Shown here: piece by piece, positions 1 to 13,957 of the stretch
Layout of the letters: each line of letters opens with the position of its first letter
How positions within the stretch are numbered: position 1 is the stretch's first letter
From: Dendrobates tinctorius
Lineage: Eukaryota
Assembly: GCF_039654945.1 (NCBI RefSeq)
Contig: NW_027361675.1
Location: 34,844,001 to 34,908,000, forward strand
Direction: 5' to 3'
Length of the DNA stretch: 64,000 nucleotides
Made by a program: the position numbers and the translations under genes
The notes under the pieces: generated by a model
Databases searched by the model: none
Seen by the model: the letters and a program-made list of their open reading frames with translations, nothing else
What the model was told of the DNA's origin: nothing

Positions 1-127
1 CTGGTTAATATACTTACATTTTGTTGATTGTACTTTGTACCTGTTGTGCAACCTGAATTTGATTTTGATGTATGTTGAAACATCAATTGTTAATTATAAC
101 TTCAATAAAAATATATTGAACCATAAA
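1..127 (+). mobile_element. Probable 3' tail of an L1-like retroelement
   Basis: T-rich stretch ending ttcAATAAAaatatattgaaccataaa, resembling the L1-type tails near 5700 and 61510. Confidence 0.35.
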
Positions 128-696
128 CAGGCACCCTTATCCCATGATGTAACACTTTTCTTATCGGCATCTGAGTATGCCTTATCACAAAGTGTTACAT
201 TTGTACATTCTTCCTACATTCAACTTTACAATCCAGTGATTGTGCTGCTGACTACTAATTCTCATGTATATACTGTATTGTCTTACATTGCTTCCTATGA
301 CAGTATCTCCATATACCATGACCATTACAGCTGGCATTTCTTACTCCTTAGTATATGAGCCCAGTCACTACATCTCTAAATACACCCCCGCCATAATGAG
401 CCTAAACCAGGGGACATTACTGCAATACCTCATCACTTACATTGTGGCCCTCCACATATCTACCATTTCAAGGGACAACATGTCTATACATGCACAAATT
501 AATCTCTGGTTTCTTTATTTACAGATAATCAGCCTCACCATAGTCTATCTATTTGGAGGAATCATATCCTACCGTAGTCATATCAGAAATCTGTACTATC
601 AACTAAAGTGTTCTTGCTACTTGACTTATGTAGTCTCCCAAATTTGTCAAGCCCCCTTACTTTCCATCCAAAGAAGATTCTTGTTGCTTGGTTATA

Positions 697-1917
697 CACT
701 CACTGGCCACTTTATTAGGTACACCTGTCCAACTGTGTGTTAAGACTTAATTTCTAATCAGCCAATCACATGGCGGCAACTCAGTGCATTTAGGCATGTA
801 GACATGGTCAAGACAATCTCCTGCAGTTCAAACCGAGCATCAGTATGGGGAAGAAAGGTGATTTGAGTGCCTTTGAACGTGGCATGATTGTTGGTGCCAG
901 AAGGGCTGGTCTGAGAATTTCAGAAACTGCTGATCTACTGGGATTTTCACGCACAACCATCTCTAGGGTTTACAGAGAATGGTCCGAAAAAGAAAAAAAA
1001 TCCAGTGAGCGGCAGTTCTGTGGCCGGAAATGCCATGTTGATGCCAGAGGTCAGAGGAGAATGGGCAGACTGGTTCGAGCTGATAGAAAGGCAACAGTGA
1101 CTCAAATTGCCACCCGTTACAACCAAGGTAGGCAGAAGAGCATCTCTGAACGCACAGTGCGTCGAACTTTGAGGCAGATGGGCTACAGCAGCAGAAGACC
1201 ACACTGGGTACCACTCCTCTCAGCTAAGAACAGGAAACTGAGGCTACAATTTGCACAAGCTCATCGAAATTGGACAGTAGAAGATTGGAAAAACGTTGCC
1301 TGGTCTGATGAGTCTCGATTTCTGCTGCGACATTCGGATGGTAGGGTCAGAATTTGGCGTAAACAACATGAAAGCATGGATCCATCCTGCCTTGTATCAA
1401 CGGTTCAGGCTGGTGGTGGTGGTGTCATGGTGTGGGGAATTTTTTCTGGGCACTCTTTGGGCCCCTTGGTACCAATTGAGCATCGTTGCAACGCCACAGC
1501 CTACCTGAGTATTGTTGCTGACCATGTCCATCCCTTTATGACCACAATGTACCCAACATCTGATGGCTACTTTCAGCAGGATAATGCGCCATGTCATAAA
1601 GCTCGAATCATCTCAGATTGGTTTCTTGAACATGACAATGAGTTTACTGTACTCAAATGGCCTCCTCAGTCACCAGATCTCAATCCAATAGAGCATCTTT
1701 GGGATGTGGTGGAACGGGAGATTCGCATCAGGGATGTGCAGCCGACAAATCTGCGCCAACTGTGTGATGCCATCATGTCAATATGGTCCAAAATCTCTGA
1801 TGAATGCTTCCAGCACCTTGTTGAATCTCTGCCACGAAGAATTGAGGCAGTTCTGAAGGCAAAAGGGGGTCCAACCCCTTACTAGCATGGTGTACCTAAT
1901 AAAGTGGCCAGTGAGTG
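697..1917 (+). mobile_element. Full-length Tc1-superfamily transposon, DD36E (Incomer-type), 1221 bp
   Basis: Perfect 29-bp TIRs (CACTCACTGGCCACTTTATTAGGTACACC) at 697-725 and 1889-1917; TA on both flanks. Confidence 0.95.
845..1885 (+). CDS. Intact DD36E transposase, 346 aa
   Basis: HTH N-terminus, [14 protein letters not shown] and SPDLNPIE motifs; 36 residues counted between the second D and E; no stops or frameshifts. Confidence 0.95.
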   Translation: MGKKGDLSAFERGMIVGARRAGLRISETADLLGFSRTTISRVYREWSEKEKKSSERQFCGRKCHVDARGQRRMGRLVRADRKATVTQIATRYNQGRQKSISERTVRRTLRQMGYSSRRPHWVPLLSAKNRKLRLQFAQAHRNWTVEDWKNVAWSDESRFLLRHSDGRVRIWRKQHESMDPSCLVSTVQAGGGGVMVWGIFSGHSLGPLVPIEHRCNATAYLSIVADHVHPFMTTMYPTSDGYFQQDNAPCHKARIISDWFLEHDNEFTVLKWPPQSPDLNPIEHLWDVVEREIRIRDVQPTNLRQLCDAIMSIWSKISDECFQHLVESLPRRIEAVLKAKGGPTPY

Positions 1918-3360
1918 TATTTACTATTCTTTTTATCAGTTTGCTTATATCTACCATCGCTATTGGAGTATACTTTTCACTTACTTTTATTTCATTGCAG
2001 TTTGTTGTTTTCTGCCCATGTGTTGTTTCATTTTTTAGAGGAGTGATGATTACTTGTATTCACTGACACAAATTTACATTTGTGTTTTCCCTAGTCTGAT
2101 GAAGGTCTAAAGTAGACTGAAATGTTATTTTTCTGTATTGCATCATTACAAGATTTTCTTCTTCAACACCATAAGGAGTGCCAGTTCTTTTTCTCTTGAT
2201 ACATATGGGGTGGTACCCTTCTATTGCACCCATAGATACAGAGCGATGTTTAGTGAACACACTACTTTAAGTTTTTACATACTTTTTCTTGCCCCAACTT
2301 GGGTTTGAGTTAAGACTAGTGTCAGGCATAGTGCTAGTATTATAGATAGGGTTAGGGCAATAAAATACTTCCATGAAAAAGAAAACACAAAAATTTAACA
2401 AAAAAATAAAAAGATAAAACAATCTAACAATGCACTTATATTTTTAAAAATCTTATGTCTAACAGTCCATGGATTAGGGAGAGCATAATATGTGCTTTGC
2501 TACGGGAGCTGTCAATTCAAAACATGGCACTGCGTAGAGGTTTGGAAATCATTTGGCTTCAATAAAAATACTAGTTGGTTTGTAAAGTTGATAGGACTAA
2601 TTATTCAAAATGATCTAATAAATAGTTAGCATACTTAGGATCTGCTTACATTGATGCCCTTAACACAGCAATATGCCCAGATCTAAGAATGGCTGGTTTG
2701 AAATACTAATATCACACCATTATTATTAATCTTTATTTTAAATCCATTGTTTTATCTTGCAAACATCCTACACAAATCTTTTTTGTGTTTGTTACAGTTT
2801 CTTTTTCCTGTGTAAAACCTCAATCCACTCAACAGTCTCAGGGGATTTCCGAATCACTTTGGATTAAAATCCTTTTGACTCCAAACTGCTTGACTAATAC
2901 TCTGCATTTAATAATTCTACTTGTGATAGATTTTACTTGACAAAATCGTATTGGAACCTATGTTGGCTTAGAGCTGGACATGAGCATGCAAACCAGTCGT
3001 TATTATATTATATTGAGGATATAAGATCGGAGGGGCAATTACTAATTACAGTTTTATTTCTGTAAAGACATATGTAACTTTACAGCCTTTTCACTTTGCC
3101 AGGGTCGTTAAATAAAAATGTAATTAGTATATTTAACAGCATACACATTCCAAAATATATCAAGCTGAGCAGGTCACCAAGAATATGCTACTCTGTATGC
3201 AGACAGCACGTTATATAAGGCTTCATTTACAAAATCAGATAATCATTAAAATGATGAAGGATGCGACTGCAACTCATGACAAGCAAATAATGTCAGACAA
3301 GTGTTTATACAGGACGATAGTCATGAATGAAATGGCTGAAAAGCGGTTGTTACATTGTAA

Positions 3361-3755
3361 AGCCCCCGCTACACACTGCGATATTGCTAGCAATATCGCT
3401 GTAAAGTCACCGATTTTGTGACGTTGCTGCGATATTGCTAGCGATATCGCTGCATGTGATACTTACCTCCGACCCGCTCCCCCGCTGCTCATCGTTGGTC
3501 GCGCGATAACTCCCTGGACCATTCCTCGTCGGCCACTTCCTGCTGCGCTTCCTGTGGCGCTGACGAGCGAGGCGTGGAGCCGGGCAGGAGAACGCAGGAT
3601 CGCCGCGTCTGACAGGTAAGTAGCGACCCCCGACCCCTGCTATGTCGCTGGTGAGATCTGCCTGTGTGGCAGCTCACTAGCGACCACTTAGCGATGCACC
3701 AGCGATCCATATCGTTGTCGGGATCGCTGGTGCATCGCTAAGTGTAACGGTACCC
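3361..3755. mobile_element. PIF/Harbinger-type MITE (family A), TAA TSD
   Basis: TAA at 3358-60 and 3756-58; imperfect TIRs AGCCCCCGCTACAC / GTGTAACGGTACCC; internal GCGATATCGC palindromes; related copies at 23622, 43578 and 53073. Confidence 0.85.
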
Positions 3756-4322
3756 TAACATTGAATATCATGCACTGTGTTCACACAGATAATCTAAAGT
3801 GTAGGTGTCTTCAATGTTCAAATCCCATAAGTAATACTAATTCTCTGAATACATGATATTATAAAGTATTGTACATTCATTTCTGTTGATACTGTAAAAG
3901 AATATTTAATTGTATTAACGAAACAAAATATTTTCTTCTTATTACAAATATGTTACGAATATGTACTCATTCCAATTCTCCAAATGGTAAGGAGGTATTG
4001 CCTTGCAACATGGTAAACGTTGTTTAAGAATTTCCATTTCTCTTTTTTGTCGGTCAAATCGTAGAACATACATACAATATCCATTTACATTTCACAATTT
4101 TTTGCAAACTGAACAAGAACTGTTTTGCTCACATAAATGATTTCCTGCATTATGAACGAGCTTTTCTGGATGCATCGTTCGGTCGCTCAACCCATTCACA
4201 TTACACAATCATCATGAACAATGGGCAGAAGATACCATTGGAATCTGACAGATTATCAGCCAGTGTAAGTGGGCCTTAAGTTTAGGAGTCCAGTGAGCAG
4301 AGTCACTTAATGAGTGACAGAC

Positions 4323-5211
4323 TGTTAGGATTGGCGGAATACACCAAATAAATTATAAACAGGTGCGTTCGCAACCCGGGGTCCACTGTGTGGTGATGGA
4401 GAAACTGCAGCTAGCACAATGGCGGAGCAAGGCTGCGAGAAAACACTTAAAGCACACTGAGTTAAAAGTCACTCAGTGTGCACAAAGCGCAAAGTAACAA
4501 GCTTTGTTACACCACAGAGCGGTACTATGAAGCAAAGCAGAAAGGACTATACCCTGTTAGACTGCACAGGCGTATAGAAAAATACTATTGGGGTCCCTAT
4601 AACTTAACCCCCCAGGGAAAACTAAGCTGGTGGTTGACCCTGCTCTGACACACGGTGTGCTTTAGCATGCGCGCCTGAGGATGCCCGATGCACATGCTAA
4701 GTTTAGGTGGGAGTTCCCACCCTACACTGCCTGTCTAGACCAACACTCGCAGTGCTATTAGCGACACACGTGTACACAGGCTGGTAAAGTAGCCAACACA
4801 CCAAACACACATGATACTAGTGCACCGACATGTGCCATTGAGAGCTTTTTATACCTTGCTCAAGTCCAGACAGACAGGAACTTGCCTGTGGACCAATCTG
4901 AAGCTGCCCCATCACCAGAGCACCTGATGTCCGAACACCAATGGGAAGGCACCGTATCATGGACATGCTCAGTAGGGTGAAATCTGGACCTGGGCTCCAG
5001 AGCACAGCGCAGCACGTGTAAACTAGTAGTCACCATAGGCTTAGCTGGAGGGCCATCAGTAACTACACATGCAACATGAACCTGGGCAAGGCGCTGCGAC
5101 CAAAGTCTGTGCTGATCAGTCATCTCAGCAGCCGAGCCTGAATGGGAGACCACAGCACCAGACAAGGCTTGAGATCTATCCCGTTCAGCGGGAGAATCCC
5201 AACGCCTAACA
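4323..5211. mobile_element. Solo LTR, 889 bp
   Basis: TGTTAGG...CCTAACA termini; 5-bp TSD CAGAC at 4318-22 and 5212-16. Confidence 0.8.
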
Positions 5212-5691
5212 CAGACTGCCCTTATGAGAATGCATATAATGAAACTGTGAATCATTGAGTAGGACCCACAGAACTTCTAAGTCCTGAATGTGCATGGATT
5301 TACATAAAGAAAAAACAGTTTATACTGAGTATTTCCCATAAATCGATACATCTGTTCAGCATCTTCAACTCAATAGCATGCATATATAGCATTACAGTAG
5401 GAGCTCCAGTGGCGACTGAGCTTATATGTCACTGACTTGATTTATAATGAGCTCACAGAACTGGTGATGGGGCAGAAACACTCACTCCTTTGACAAAACA
5501 GCCAGGAAAATGTGTGTTCTGAGTCCTTGTTTTTTCGCCTGTATACATACTTATCATAAGTGACATATTTCTCCTGTGGCCAGGAGATGTGATATATACC
5601 GACCAGGAACTGAAGCAGCTCTGCATGGTTGGACACATTGACAGCGGGGGCACATTTATAAGATTATCTCAGCACAGGGACATTTTTTTAA

Positions 5692-8312
5692 TATAAATTT
5701 TATTGAAAATTTTCACAACAAAGGGTATCAACAAAGAAAGCATTATCCATGTCACAGGTGCCATGTCACATTTCAAGACTTAATGCGATAATAATATCCT
5801 GAATATTTACTTCCAGCATTTCAAACAGAGAATGAATGAAAAATTTAAGGATTGTCCTTACAATACTTCCTTCCCTATATAACAGTTCCAGGAACAGCAT
5901 CAAAAATAAAGACGGCTTCAAGCACAAAAAGGAGAGGGGTAAGAGGGGAATTGGGGGGGAATTCTCCCAACCTGCCTCTTTTAACCAAACCAAATGCTTA
6001 TCTCACTCCTCTCCCGACAAGCAGATGCCTTTCACCAGTTAAAGGGAAACTGTCACCTTCTATTTCAGCTATGATCTGCAGCCACTACCTTCCAGGGCTT
6101 ATCTACAGTATTCTGTAATGCTACAGATAAGCCCCCGATCTAACCTGAAAGAGAAGAAAAACAAGTTTTATTATACTCACCCAGGGTGGTCCGGTCCGAT
6201 GGGCATCACAGGTCTGCTGCCTCCCATCTTCATACGATGTTGTCATCTTCCTTGCTTCGTGTCATAGTTCCTGCGCAGGCGTACTGATCTGCACTGTTGA
6301 AGGCAGAGCCAAGTACTGCAGTGCGCAGGTGCTGGGAAAGGTCAGAGAGGCCCAGTGCCTGTGCACTGCAGTACTTAGATAAGCCCTCAACTGGGAAGAT
6401 CAGTACGCCTGCACAGGAGCCACGACACAAAGCAAGGAAGATGACAACATCGTATGAAGATGGGAGGAGCTGGACACGGACCTGCGATGACCATTGGACC
6501 AGACCGCCCCCGGGTGAGTATAATAAAACTTGTTTTTCTTCTCTTTCAGGTTAGATCGGGGGCTTATCTATAGCATTCTATAATGCTGTAGATAAGCCCC
6601 AAAAGGCAGTGGCCACAGCTCATAGTTGAAAAAGTAGGTGATAGGTTCCCTTTAATTTAGGCGCATTAGTATGCCAACCGGAAGGGTCCTAAACTATTCT
6701 TAAGGCTCTCCATTAGGTACCATTTCGTTGAGGAAAAAGGTTCAATTATTTTCCGTCTCTCATCAGTGCTACAAAATTTGCCAATAAATTGATTCAATTT
6801 TTAAAAAAAATTACCTGCTTGCGTCTCTTTATTTGTAAGTGCATCTCCTTGTTCAACCATCATATAGTGATGCAGTTGGGATATCAAATCTGATAGTAGT
6901 GGGTTAGAAGGACTGAGCCACTGCTTGAGAATCAATTTTCCAGCAAAAATCAATATAGTGTGTAAAAGTTTTGGAGGGCCCTCCTCTCCACAATCTCCAA
7001 TCTCCAGTTCTCCCCAAGAGTGTAGGATTGCCATTGACAGATATAGCGGTTTTACATTATTCCATAATTTAGCTATCAGCCCTGAGACTGAATCCCAGAA
7101 AGAGGCCACAGAATGACACGACCACAGTCCATACTGTACATCATGTCAGAGTTGGGTAGTTGGCAACTAGGGCATGCGGTAAGTCTATCAGAACTGGGAT
7201 ATGATTTGTAGATGTTAAAGGCATATGTAGTTCTGTGCATGATTTTGAATTGAGTCTTTCTCCAGGTCTCATTTATTATGTGTATCCGGAAAAAGAGACA
7301 ACCCTTTCTAATCACAGAGGGAGCTTCAACGTCATCCAATTGTAACCTCCAATATTTATAAAAAGTATCTGGATGAGGGTCTAGTAAATGTGGCTTCATT
7401 ATAGAGTAGATTGTGGAGATCGAAGAGGTCACTGTTGGGTGTTTAAGCAAGTCGTCCAGCACATTATGTCTCGATTCGAAATTAACATTATGCAGGTTTG
7501 ACATAATCGAACGTTTGATCTGTTCGTACTGAAAGGAATGGGAGGGCTGTAGTTGATATTTTTCAAGTACTTCAGAGCATGTTAACCATCTAGCCTCCGT
7601 CGAGTGAAGGAGGTGCGAGATATTAAAAATATTCTTCCATCGCCAGGCGATAAACAGTCTATTCTCTATTCCCTGCGGGAATTCTGGATTAGCCCATAAT
7701 GGTATTTAGAAATTCTAAATGAAAGGCTACATTTTTCCTCACCGCCTTCCATGTTGAGATCGTGTCCCTGAATAAAACTGATAGTTTTAAAAAAGGAGGA
7801 ACGGAAGAGAGATGTGAGTGCAAAATAGCAGTCAGATCTATGGGATGAGCGAAGTCTGCCTCCAGAGCCGTATCTGTATATGAGTGTCTTTTATGTAGCC
7901 AATCAATGTTTTAACGCATGTTGCAAGCCAAATTATAATTCCTAACGCTGGGGAAATTTATGCCTCCTTCTTTTGAGGTCATTAATTTCAACAAGCCAAT
8001 TGTGGGATGATTATTCCTCCGGACAAATTGACTAAATTGACTATTAAAAGAGTTGATATCAGAGTGTTTGAGCAAGAGGGGTATTATTTGAAGAAGATAC
8101 ATCAGTTTGGTCATACTAATCATCTTAACAAGGTGGGCCCTTCCCATGAGTAATAATGGGAGATCCTGCCACGTTTTCTTTTGGTTGGAGATTTTGGTCG
8201 GGGGGGGGGGGTAATTTAAAGTATATATAAACGAAGGTGTTCTACCAATTTTAATACCTAGATAAGTGATATAACATGAAACAATGGTAATGCCTCCCAG
8301 AGGGATTTTTAA
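5692..8312 (-). mobile_element. 5'-truncated, degenerate L1-clade LINE (ORF2 C-terminus plus 3' UTR)
   Basis: ORF fragments 7911-8315 (YLGIKI...GRAHLVKM), 7076-7504 (FKIMHR...CPSC) and 6801-7109 resemble L1 ORF2. AATAAA near 5700 on minus. Flanked by a ~19-bp near-duplicate CACAGG(G/A)ACATTTTTTTAA at 5673-5691 and 8313-8331. Confidence 0.9.
6043..6651. mobile_element. Palindromic TTAA-target MITE (T2/Kolobok-like) inside the L1 3' UTR
   Basis: TTAA at 6039-42 and 6652-55; TIR AGGGAAACTGTCACC / GGTGATAGGTTCCCT; long internal inverted arms. Confidence 0.85.
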
Positions 8313-8735
8313 CACAGGAACATTTTTTTAACACATCCAACTGTGGAATTTATTATTATTCCAAGATCTATTAATTCAAATATATGAAGTTCGTGGAACA
8401 ACTCATTTAAATCTCACAGCTGAATTACACTCACTTCTACAAATGGAGCACATCTACAAACAACTGCAAATACAGAAAAATTAAACACTGCCAACATTTA
8501 CCAACTGTGAACAACACACCATACTCATTGCACTGCAGCAGTAAACAAGGTAACATTCATGTAACAGATTATACTCTACAATGAAGTTTAGTTATTCTTG
8601 GGCAGGAAATTGTTTGGGATATAAATCTATTTATGTAGTATCTATTACATCAGTGCATTTACATTGCAGATAGTAAAACTTCTTTGTAAATCCTTTACAC
8701 CAATAGAGAAATCCTTTATGGCCAATTGACCATTA

Positions 8736-8879
<144 letters not shown>

Positions 8880-9169
8880 TTAACAACGTGTATTTTTAAC
8901 TTTTGAATGGAGAAGTTTATCAAACAAATGTAAAGAAAAACAGCTGTCTATAGTAACTTAGAAGTCTGAAGTCTTTGGTTAAAATAACTTAATGACGTTA
9001 TGTTCTTGTTGCCTCACCATTTTCTCTATCCCTGCACCAATTACTTATTCATGAATTGTGTTATTGCTGCACCTGTATCTGTACAATAAAGTCATCACAA
9101 GCATCTATCAAGAGTGTGGGGTGATTGAATACTACTCCTTGGAAAAGCGGGTAATTCATGTGCCGCGTA

Positions 9170-10715
9170 TAGTAAAATCACAATGACAGGTTAGAATAGA
9201 ATAGATGTATACACATAGAATATATAGATGCCAGTGACACACACATATATACATGTATATGTATTTATATTACATAGATAGATAGAAGAAAAACCAGCAA
9301 TTCATCTGCCATGTACTGTAAAATCACTGCAGAAGCAGAAAGGATAGAAGAGATGGATTACATACAGTAAATACACATAGAATAGGTAGATATTTAGATG
9401 GCAGTGACAAACACAATCAGTGCAGTGTGTGCAGCTTACTGTACATGTATTTTATTATTGTGAACTTGCAGGACCTGTCTGATGGCACCACGAGCAGGAG
9501 AACTTTTTCACACTCGCGGTGCCCTCAGACAGGGAATAGAAGTTCACAGGGAGACACTGAGCACATGGTGCTCAGTTTCTCTGCTGGATGACAGGTTGTA
9601 TGATCGCATCATGCAACCATGCAGCCTGCCATCTAGCTGTAGCAGAGCTAAACCCTTCGTGGGACAAATGGATTATCATCTCTGCAGAAAGGTGAGGAAT
9701 ATTGTTGTTTTTTATTCGAGGGAATGAGCAAGGTTGTAAGTATGGTTTAATTAAGATTTATTAAAGGAGTCTGTGTCATTCTTTCAATTAAAGGACTTTA
9801 TTCTGGGTGTCTGCTTTCTGGGTGTCTGGGTGACTAAGGGATTATTAATGGGGGCGTCTTATCGATGCCCCTCCATTACTAACCTCGGGAATTGACGTCA
9901 CTTCACTTGCCACCACTACAGGGAAGTGGGAAGAGCAAGGCTAAGTGACAGAATTGGCGCATCTTAGAGATGTGCCTTTTCTGGGGCAGCTGAGAGCAGA
10001 TGCTTTTAGCCTGGGGGTAAGTATAAATGACCGCTTCCTAGGCTATTAATATCAGCCTGCAGCTGTCTGCATAGCCTTTGCTGGTTATTAATTATAGGGG
10101 GATCCCACATCATTTGTTTTGGGGAAGTCCCCATTTAAATAGCCAGTAAAGGCTAATTATACATTTGTGAGCTGAAATTACTAGCCTGGGAAGCTCCATG
10201 GGTATTACCCCCTTCCCAGGCTATAAATATATGCCCCCAGCCATCGGCTTTTCCTCTGCTGGTTAACAAAATTATGAGGGTGCCTACGCCATTTTTTTCA
10301 GAAAAATAATGTTTTATTAATTAAATACATGTACAGTAAGTTGCACACACACTGTAATAATTGTATATGTCACTGACATCTATATATCTACCTATTCTAT
10401 GTGTATTTACTGTAGGTAATGCATCTCTTCTATCTTGTCGGCTCCTGTTGTGATTTTATACTATGTGGCTGCTGAATTGACGGCTTTTATTCTATCTATC
10501 TAGCTGTTATAAATATATATATATATATAAATAATCGCATTGCAGTTGGATAGCAATCACACTGCATTCGGTTGTAAATCGGATGCTAGGTGTGAAAAAT
10601 CGCATTGTACTTGTATGAAAATCGAATGACATTCCCAGGACACTTGCATTACACTCGTCCAACTCTCCTGCATCAAAATCGGTCCGATTTTAAAATTGCT
10701 AGTGTGATTCCAGCA
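9170..10715. mobile_element. Non-autonomous element with long internal inverted repeats (Harbinger-like right end; left end uncertain)
   Basis: ~9260-9455 is inverted relative to ~10320-10500; right end TAGTGTGATTCCAGCA followed by TTA. Confidence 0.55.
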
Positions 10716-10718
10716 TTA

Positions 10719-10914
10719 GGCCGGGGTCACACTTGGGAGTGCAATGCGAGAAACTCGCGTGAGTCTCTCACCTCAATACCCGGCACTGCCGCCGGCGGTT
10801 CGGACCGGAGAGTTCAGCTGCATACAAAGACATGCAGCCACACACTCCGGTCACGAGTGCCGGCGGCAGTGCTGGGTATTGAAGCGAGAGACTCTTGTAA
10901 GTGTGACGCCGGCC
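10719..10914. mobile_element. Short palindromic Harbinger-type MITE
   Basis: TIR GGCCGGGGTCACACTT / AAGTGTGACGCCGGCC; flanks TTA and TTT. Confidence 0.8.
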
Positions 10915-10917
10915 TTT

Positions 10918-11395
10918 GGGCCCCGTTACACACTTCAATGTCCCTGCGATCCCACCAACGATCCAACGTGGATGGGATCGCTGGGACATAGTTAGCTGAT
11001 CGCTGGTCAGCTGTCACATAGGCAGACTCACCAACGATCAGGACCAGCGAGCACGCTGGTATCCAGGGTAAACAGCGGGTATCTAAGCACCGCACAGCTC
11101 TTAGTTACCCACTGTTTACCCTGGATACCCGCTCCCAGCGTCTGCTATATGGCGCTGGGAGCTCGCTGATCGTTGGTCTCTCGCTGTCACACGCAGCGAT
11201 GTGTGCTGCCCAGCGGGAGACCAACGATAGATTTATGGCCCAGACCATTAGGCAACGATTAACGATCAGCCAACTGATCATTGATCATTGCTACGTGTCA
11301 CACGCAACGATGTCGTTTCCACATTGCTGCAACACCACCAAACTGGTGACGTTGCAAAGATATCGTTCACAATATCGTTGCATGGAACGGGGCCT
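10918..11395. mobile_element. Harbinger-type MITE related to the 41548 element
   Basis: Ends GGGCCCCGTTAC / GGAACGGGGCCT; internal palindrome near 11060-11130; followed by TTA. Confidence 0.75.
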
Positions 11396-12315
11396 TTAGG
11401 CCGGGGTCACACTACCCGGCGCAAAATACGGTCCGTAGTTTACAGGCGTAATACGGATGAATGTCCCCTAAATAGTGCTCCGCAGGTCATCCGTAAGCAA
11501 GGTGTGGTTGCGTATTTTGCGCATGTCTGCATCCGTATGTAATCCGTATGGCATCCGTATGGTGAGATTTTCTCGCCGCCTTGCAAAATGGACATATAAT
11601 GGAGCCCTATGACAGGGTTTATAACAGAAACGAAATAATAGATATAGACACATAGAATGCATATATATATATATATATACCCACAAGTCATTGAGATAAA
11701 CATATATAAATATATATATATTTATATTTCACAGAGTTCTTCATAGCAGAATAGCCGCTAATTAATTGCCGGCTTCTATCAAATCCTTCCCCAACCCGAC
11801 ATGAAATGACACATGGTTTTCATTCAGTAAACCATTTCATTTCATGTTTTTTTATATGTCTTTGACTAATAATTAGATGCGGGTTTGTGTGAAAAATTTG
11901 GGAGTTGTAGTTGTTATTTAAAGGGGTTAATTCGTTTATAAAAAATGCGTGGGCTTCCCATTGCCCTGTAGCGGTGGCGAATGGGTTAATCTAACAAAGG
12001 GTTAATGTCACCTTACAATCGAATGGTGACATTAACCCTTTGTTAGATTAACCCACTCGCCACCAATATAGGGCAAAGGGAAGCCCACGCATTTTTTAAC
12101 AACGAATTAACCCCTTAAAATAACAACTACAACTCCCAAATTTTGCACACAAACCCGCATCTAATTATTAGTCAAAGACATATAAAAAAACATGAAATGA
12201 AATGGTTTACTGAATGTAAACCATGTGTCATTTCATGTCGGGTTGGGGAAGAATTTGATAGAAGCCGGCAATTTAATTAGTGGCTATTCTGCTATGAAGA
12301 ACTCTGTGAAATATA

Positions 12316-13957
12316 CAGTTAAAGTTTGGGCACCCCTATTAATGTTAACCTTTTTTCTTTACAACAATTTTGGTTTTTGCAACAGCTATTTCAGTTTCAT
12401 ATATCTAATAAGTGATGGACTCAGTTATATTTCTGGATTCAAATGAGGTTTATTGTACTAACAGAAAATGTGCAATCTGCATTTTAACAAAATTTGACCG
12501 GTGCAAAAGTATGGGCACCTCAACATAAAAGTGACATTAATATTTCGTAGATCCTCCTTTTGCAACAATAACAGACTCTAGTCACTTCCTGTAGCTATGA
12601 ATGAGTTCCTGGATCCTGGATGAAGGTATTTGTGACCATTCCTGTTTACAAAACAATTCCAGTTCAGTTAAGTTTGATGGTCGCCGAACATGGACAGCCC
12701 GCTTCAAATCATCCTACAGATGTTCAATGATATTCAGGTCTGGGGACTGGGACGGCCATTCCAGAACATTGTAATTGTTCCTCTGCATGAATGCCTGAGT
12801 AGATTTGGAGCGGTGTTTTGGATCATTGTCTTGCTGAAATATCCATCCCCTGCGTAACTTCAACTTCATCACTGATTCTTGCACATTATTGTCAAAAATC
12901 TGCTGATACTGAGTTGAATCCATGCGACCCTCAACTTTAACAAGATTCCCGATGCCGGCATTGGCCACACAGCCCCAAAGCATGATGGAACCTCCACCAA
13001 ATTTTACTGTGGGTAGCAAGTGTTTTTCTTGGAATGCTGTGTTTTTTAGCCTCCATGCATAACGCCTTTTTGTATGACCAAACAACTCAGTCTTTGTTTC
13101 ATCAGTCCACAGGACCTTCTTCCAAAATGTAACTGGCTTGTCCAAATGTGCTTTTGCATACCTCAGGCGACTCTGTTTGTGGCGTGCTTGCAGAAATGAC
13201 TTCTTTCGCATCACTCTCCCATACAGCTTCTCCTTGTGCAAAGTGCGCTGTATTGTTGACCGATGCACAGTGACACCATCTGCAGCAAGATGATGCTGCA
13301 GGTCTTTGGAGGTGGTCTGTGGATTGTCCTTGACTGTTCTCACCATTCTTCTTCTCTGCCTTTCTGATATTTTTCTTGGCCTGCCACTTCTGGGCTTAAC
13401 AAGAACTGTACCTGTGTTCTTCCATTTCCTTACTATGTTCCTCACAGTGGAAACTGACAGGTTAAATCTCTGAGACAACTTTTTGTATCCTTCCCCTGAA
13501 AAGCTATGTTGAATAATCTTTGTTTTCAGATCATTTGAGAGTTGTTTTGAGGAGCCCATGATGCCACTCTTCATAGGAGAATCAAATAGGAGAACTACTT
13601 GCAAGTGGCCACCTTAAATACCTTTTCTCATGATTTGATACACCTGGCTATGAAGTTCAAAGCTCAATGAGGTTACAAAACCAATTTAGTGCTTCAGGAA
13701 GTCGGTAAAAAGTAGTTAGGAGTGTTCAAATCAAGAAAATGATAAGGGTGCCCATACTTTTGCACCGGTCAAATTTTGTTTAATTGCAGATTGCACATTT
13801 TCTGTTAGTACAGTAAACCTCATTTGAATCCAAAAATATAACAGAGTCCATCAGTTATTAGATATATGAAACTGAAATAGCTGTTGCAAAAACCAAAATT
13901 GTTATAAAGAAAAAAGGTTAACATTAATAGGGGTGCCCAAACTTTAACAGATGACTG
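12316..13957 (-). mobile_element. Tc1 DD34E transposon with long (~200 bp) TIRs
   Basis: CAGT...ACTG ends with TA flanks; 12316-12515 is inverted relative to 13750-13957. Confidence 0.92.
12537..13559 (-). pseudogene. DD34E transposase (340 codons) with two in-frame stops
   Basis: MGSSKQL start at 13559; WTDE, QQDNDPKH-34-E. TAG in place of W after EHL and TGA in RK*L; natural end GGSTKY* at 12537. Confidence 0.9.

Noticed and set aside
35-743. 107-aa and 159-aa hydrophobic ORFs
   Set aside because: No recognisable motif; AT-rich intronic sequence antisense to BCAS3.
3459-3468. ATACTTACCT as a U1 snRNA gene (also at 53171)
   Set aside because: Only the first 10 nt match and the U1 body does not follow; it lies inside a MITE and reads better as an antisense donor motif.
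12714-13604. 296-aa ORF as a functional transposase
   Set aside because: It stops right after the catalytic E, with a second stop downstream; the likely true start is 13559.
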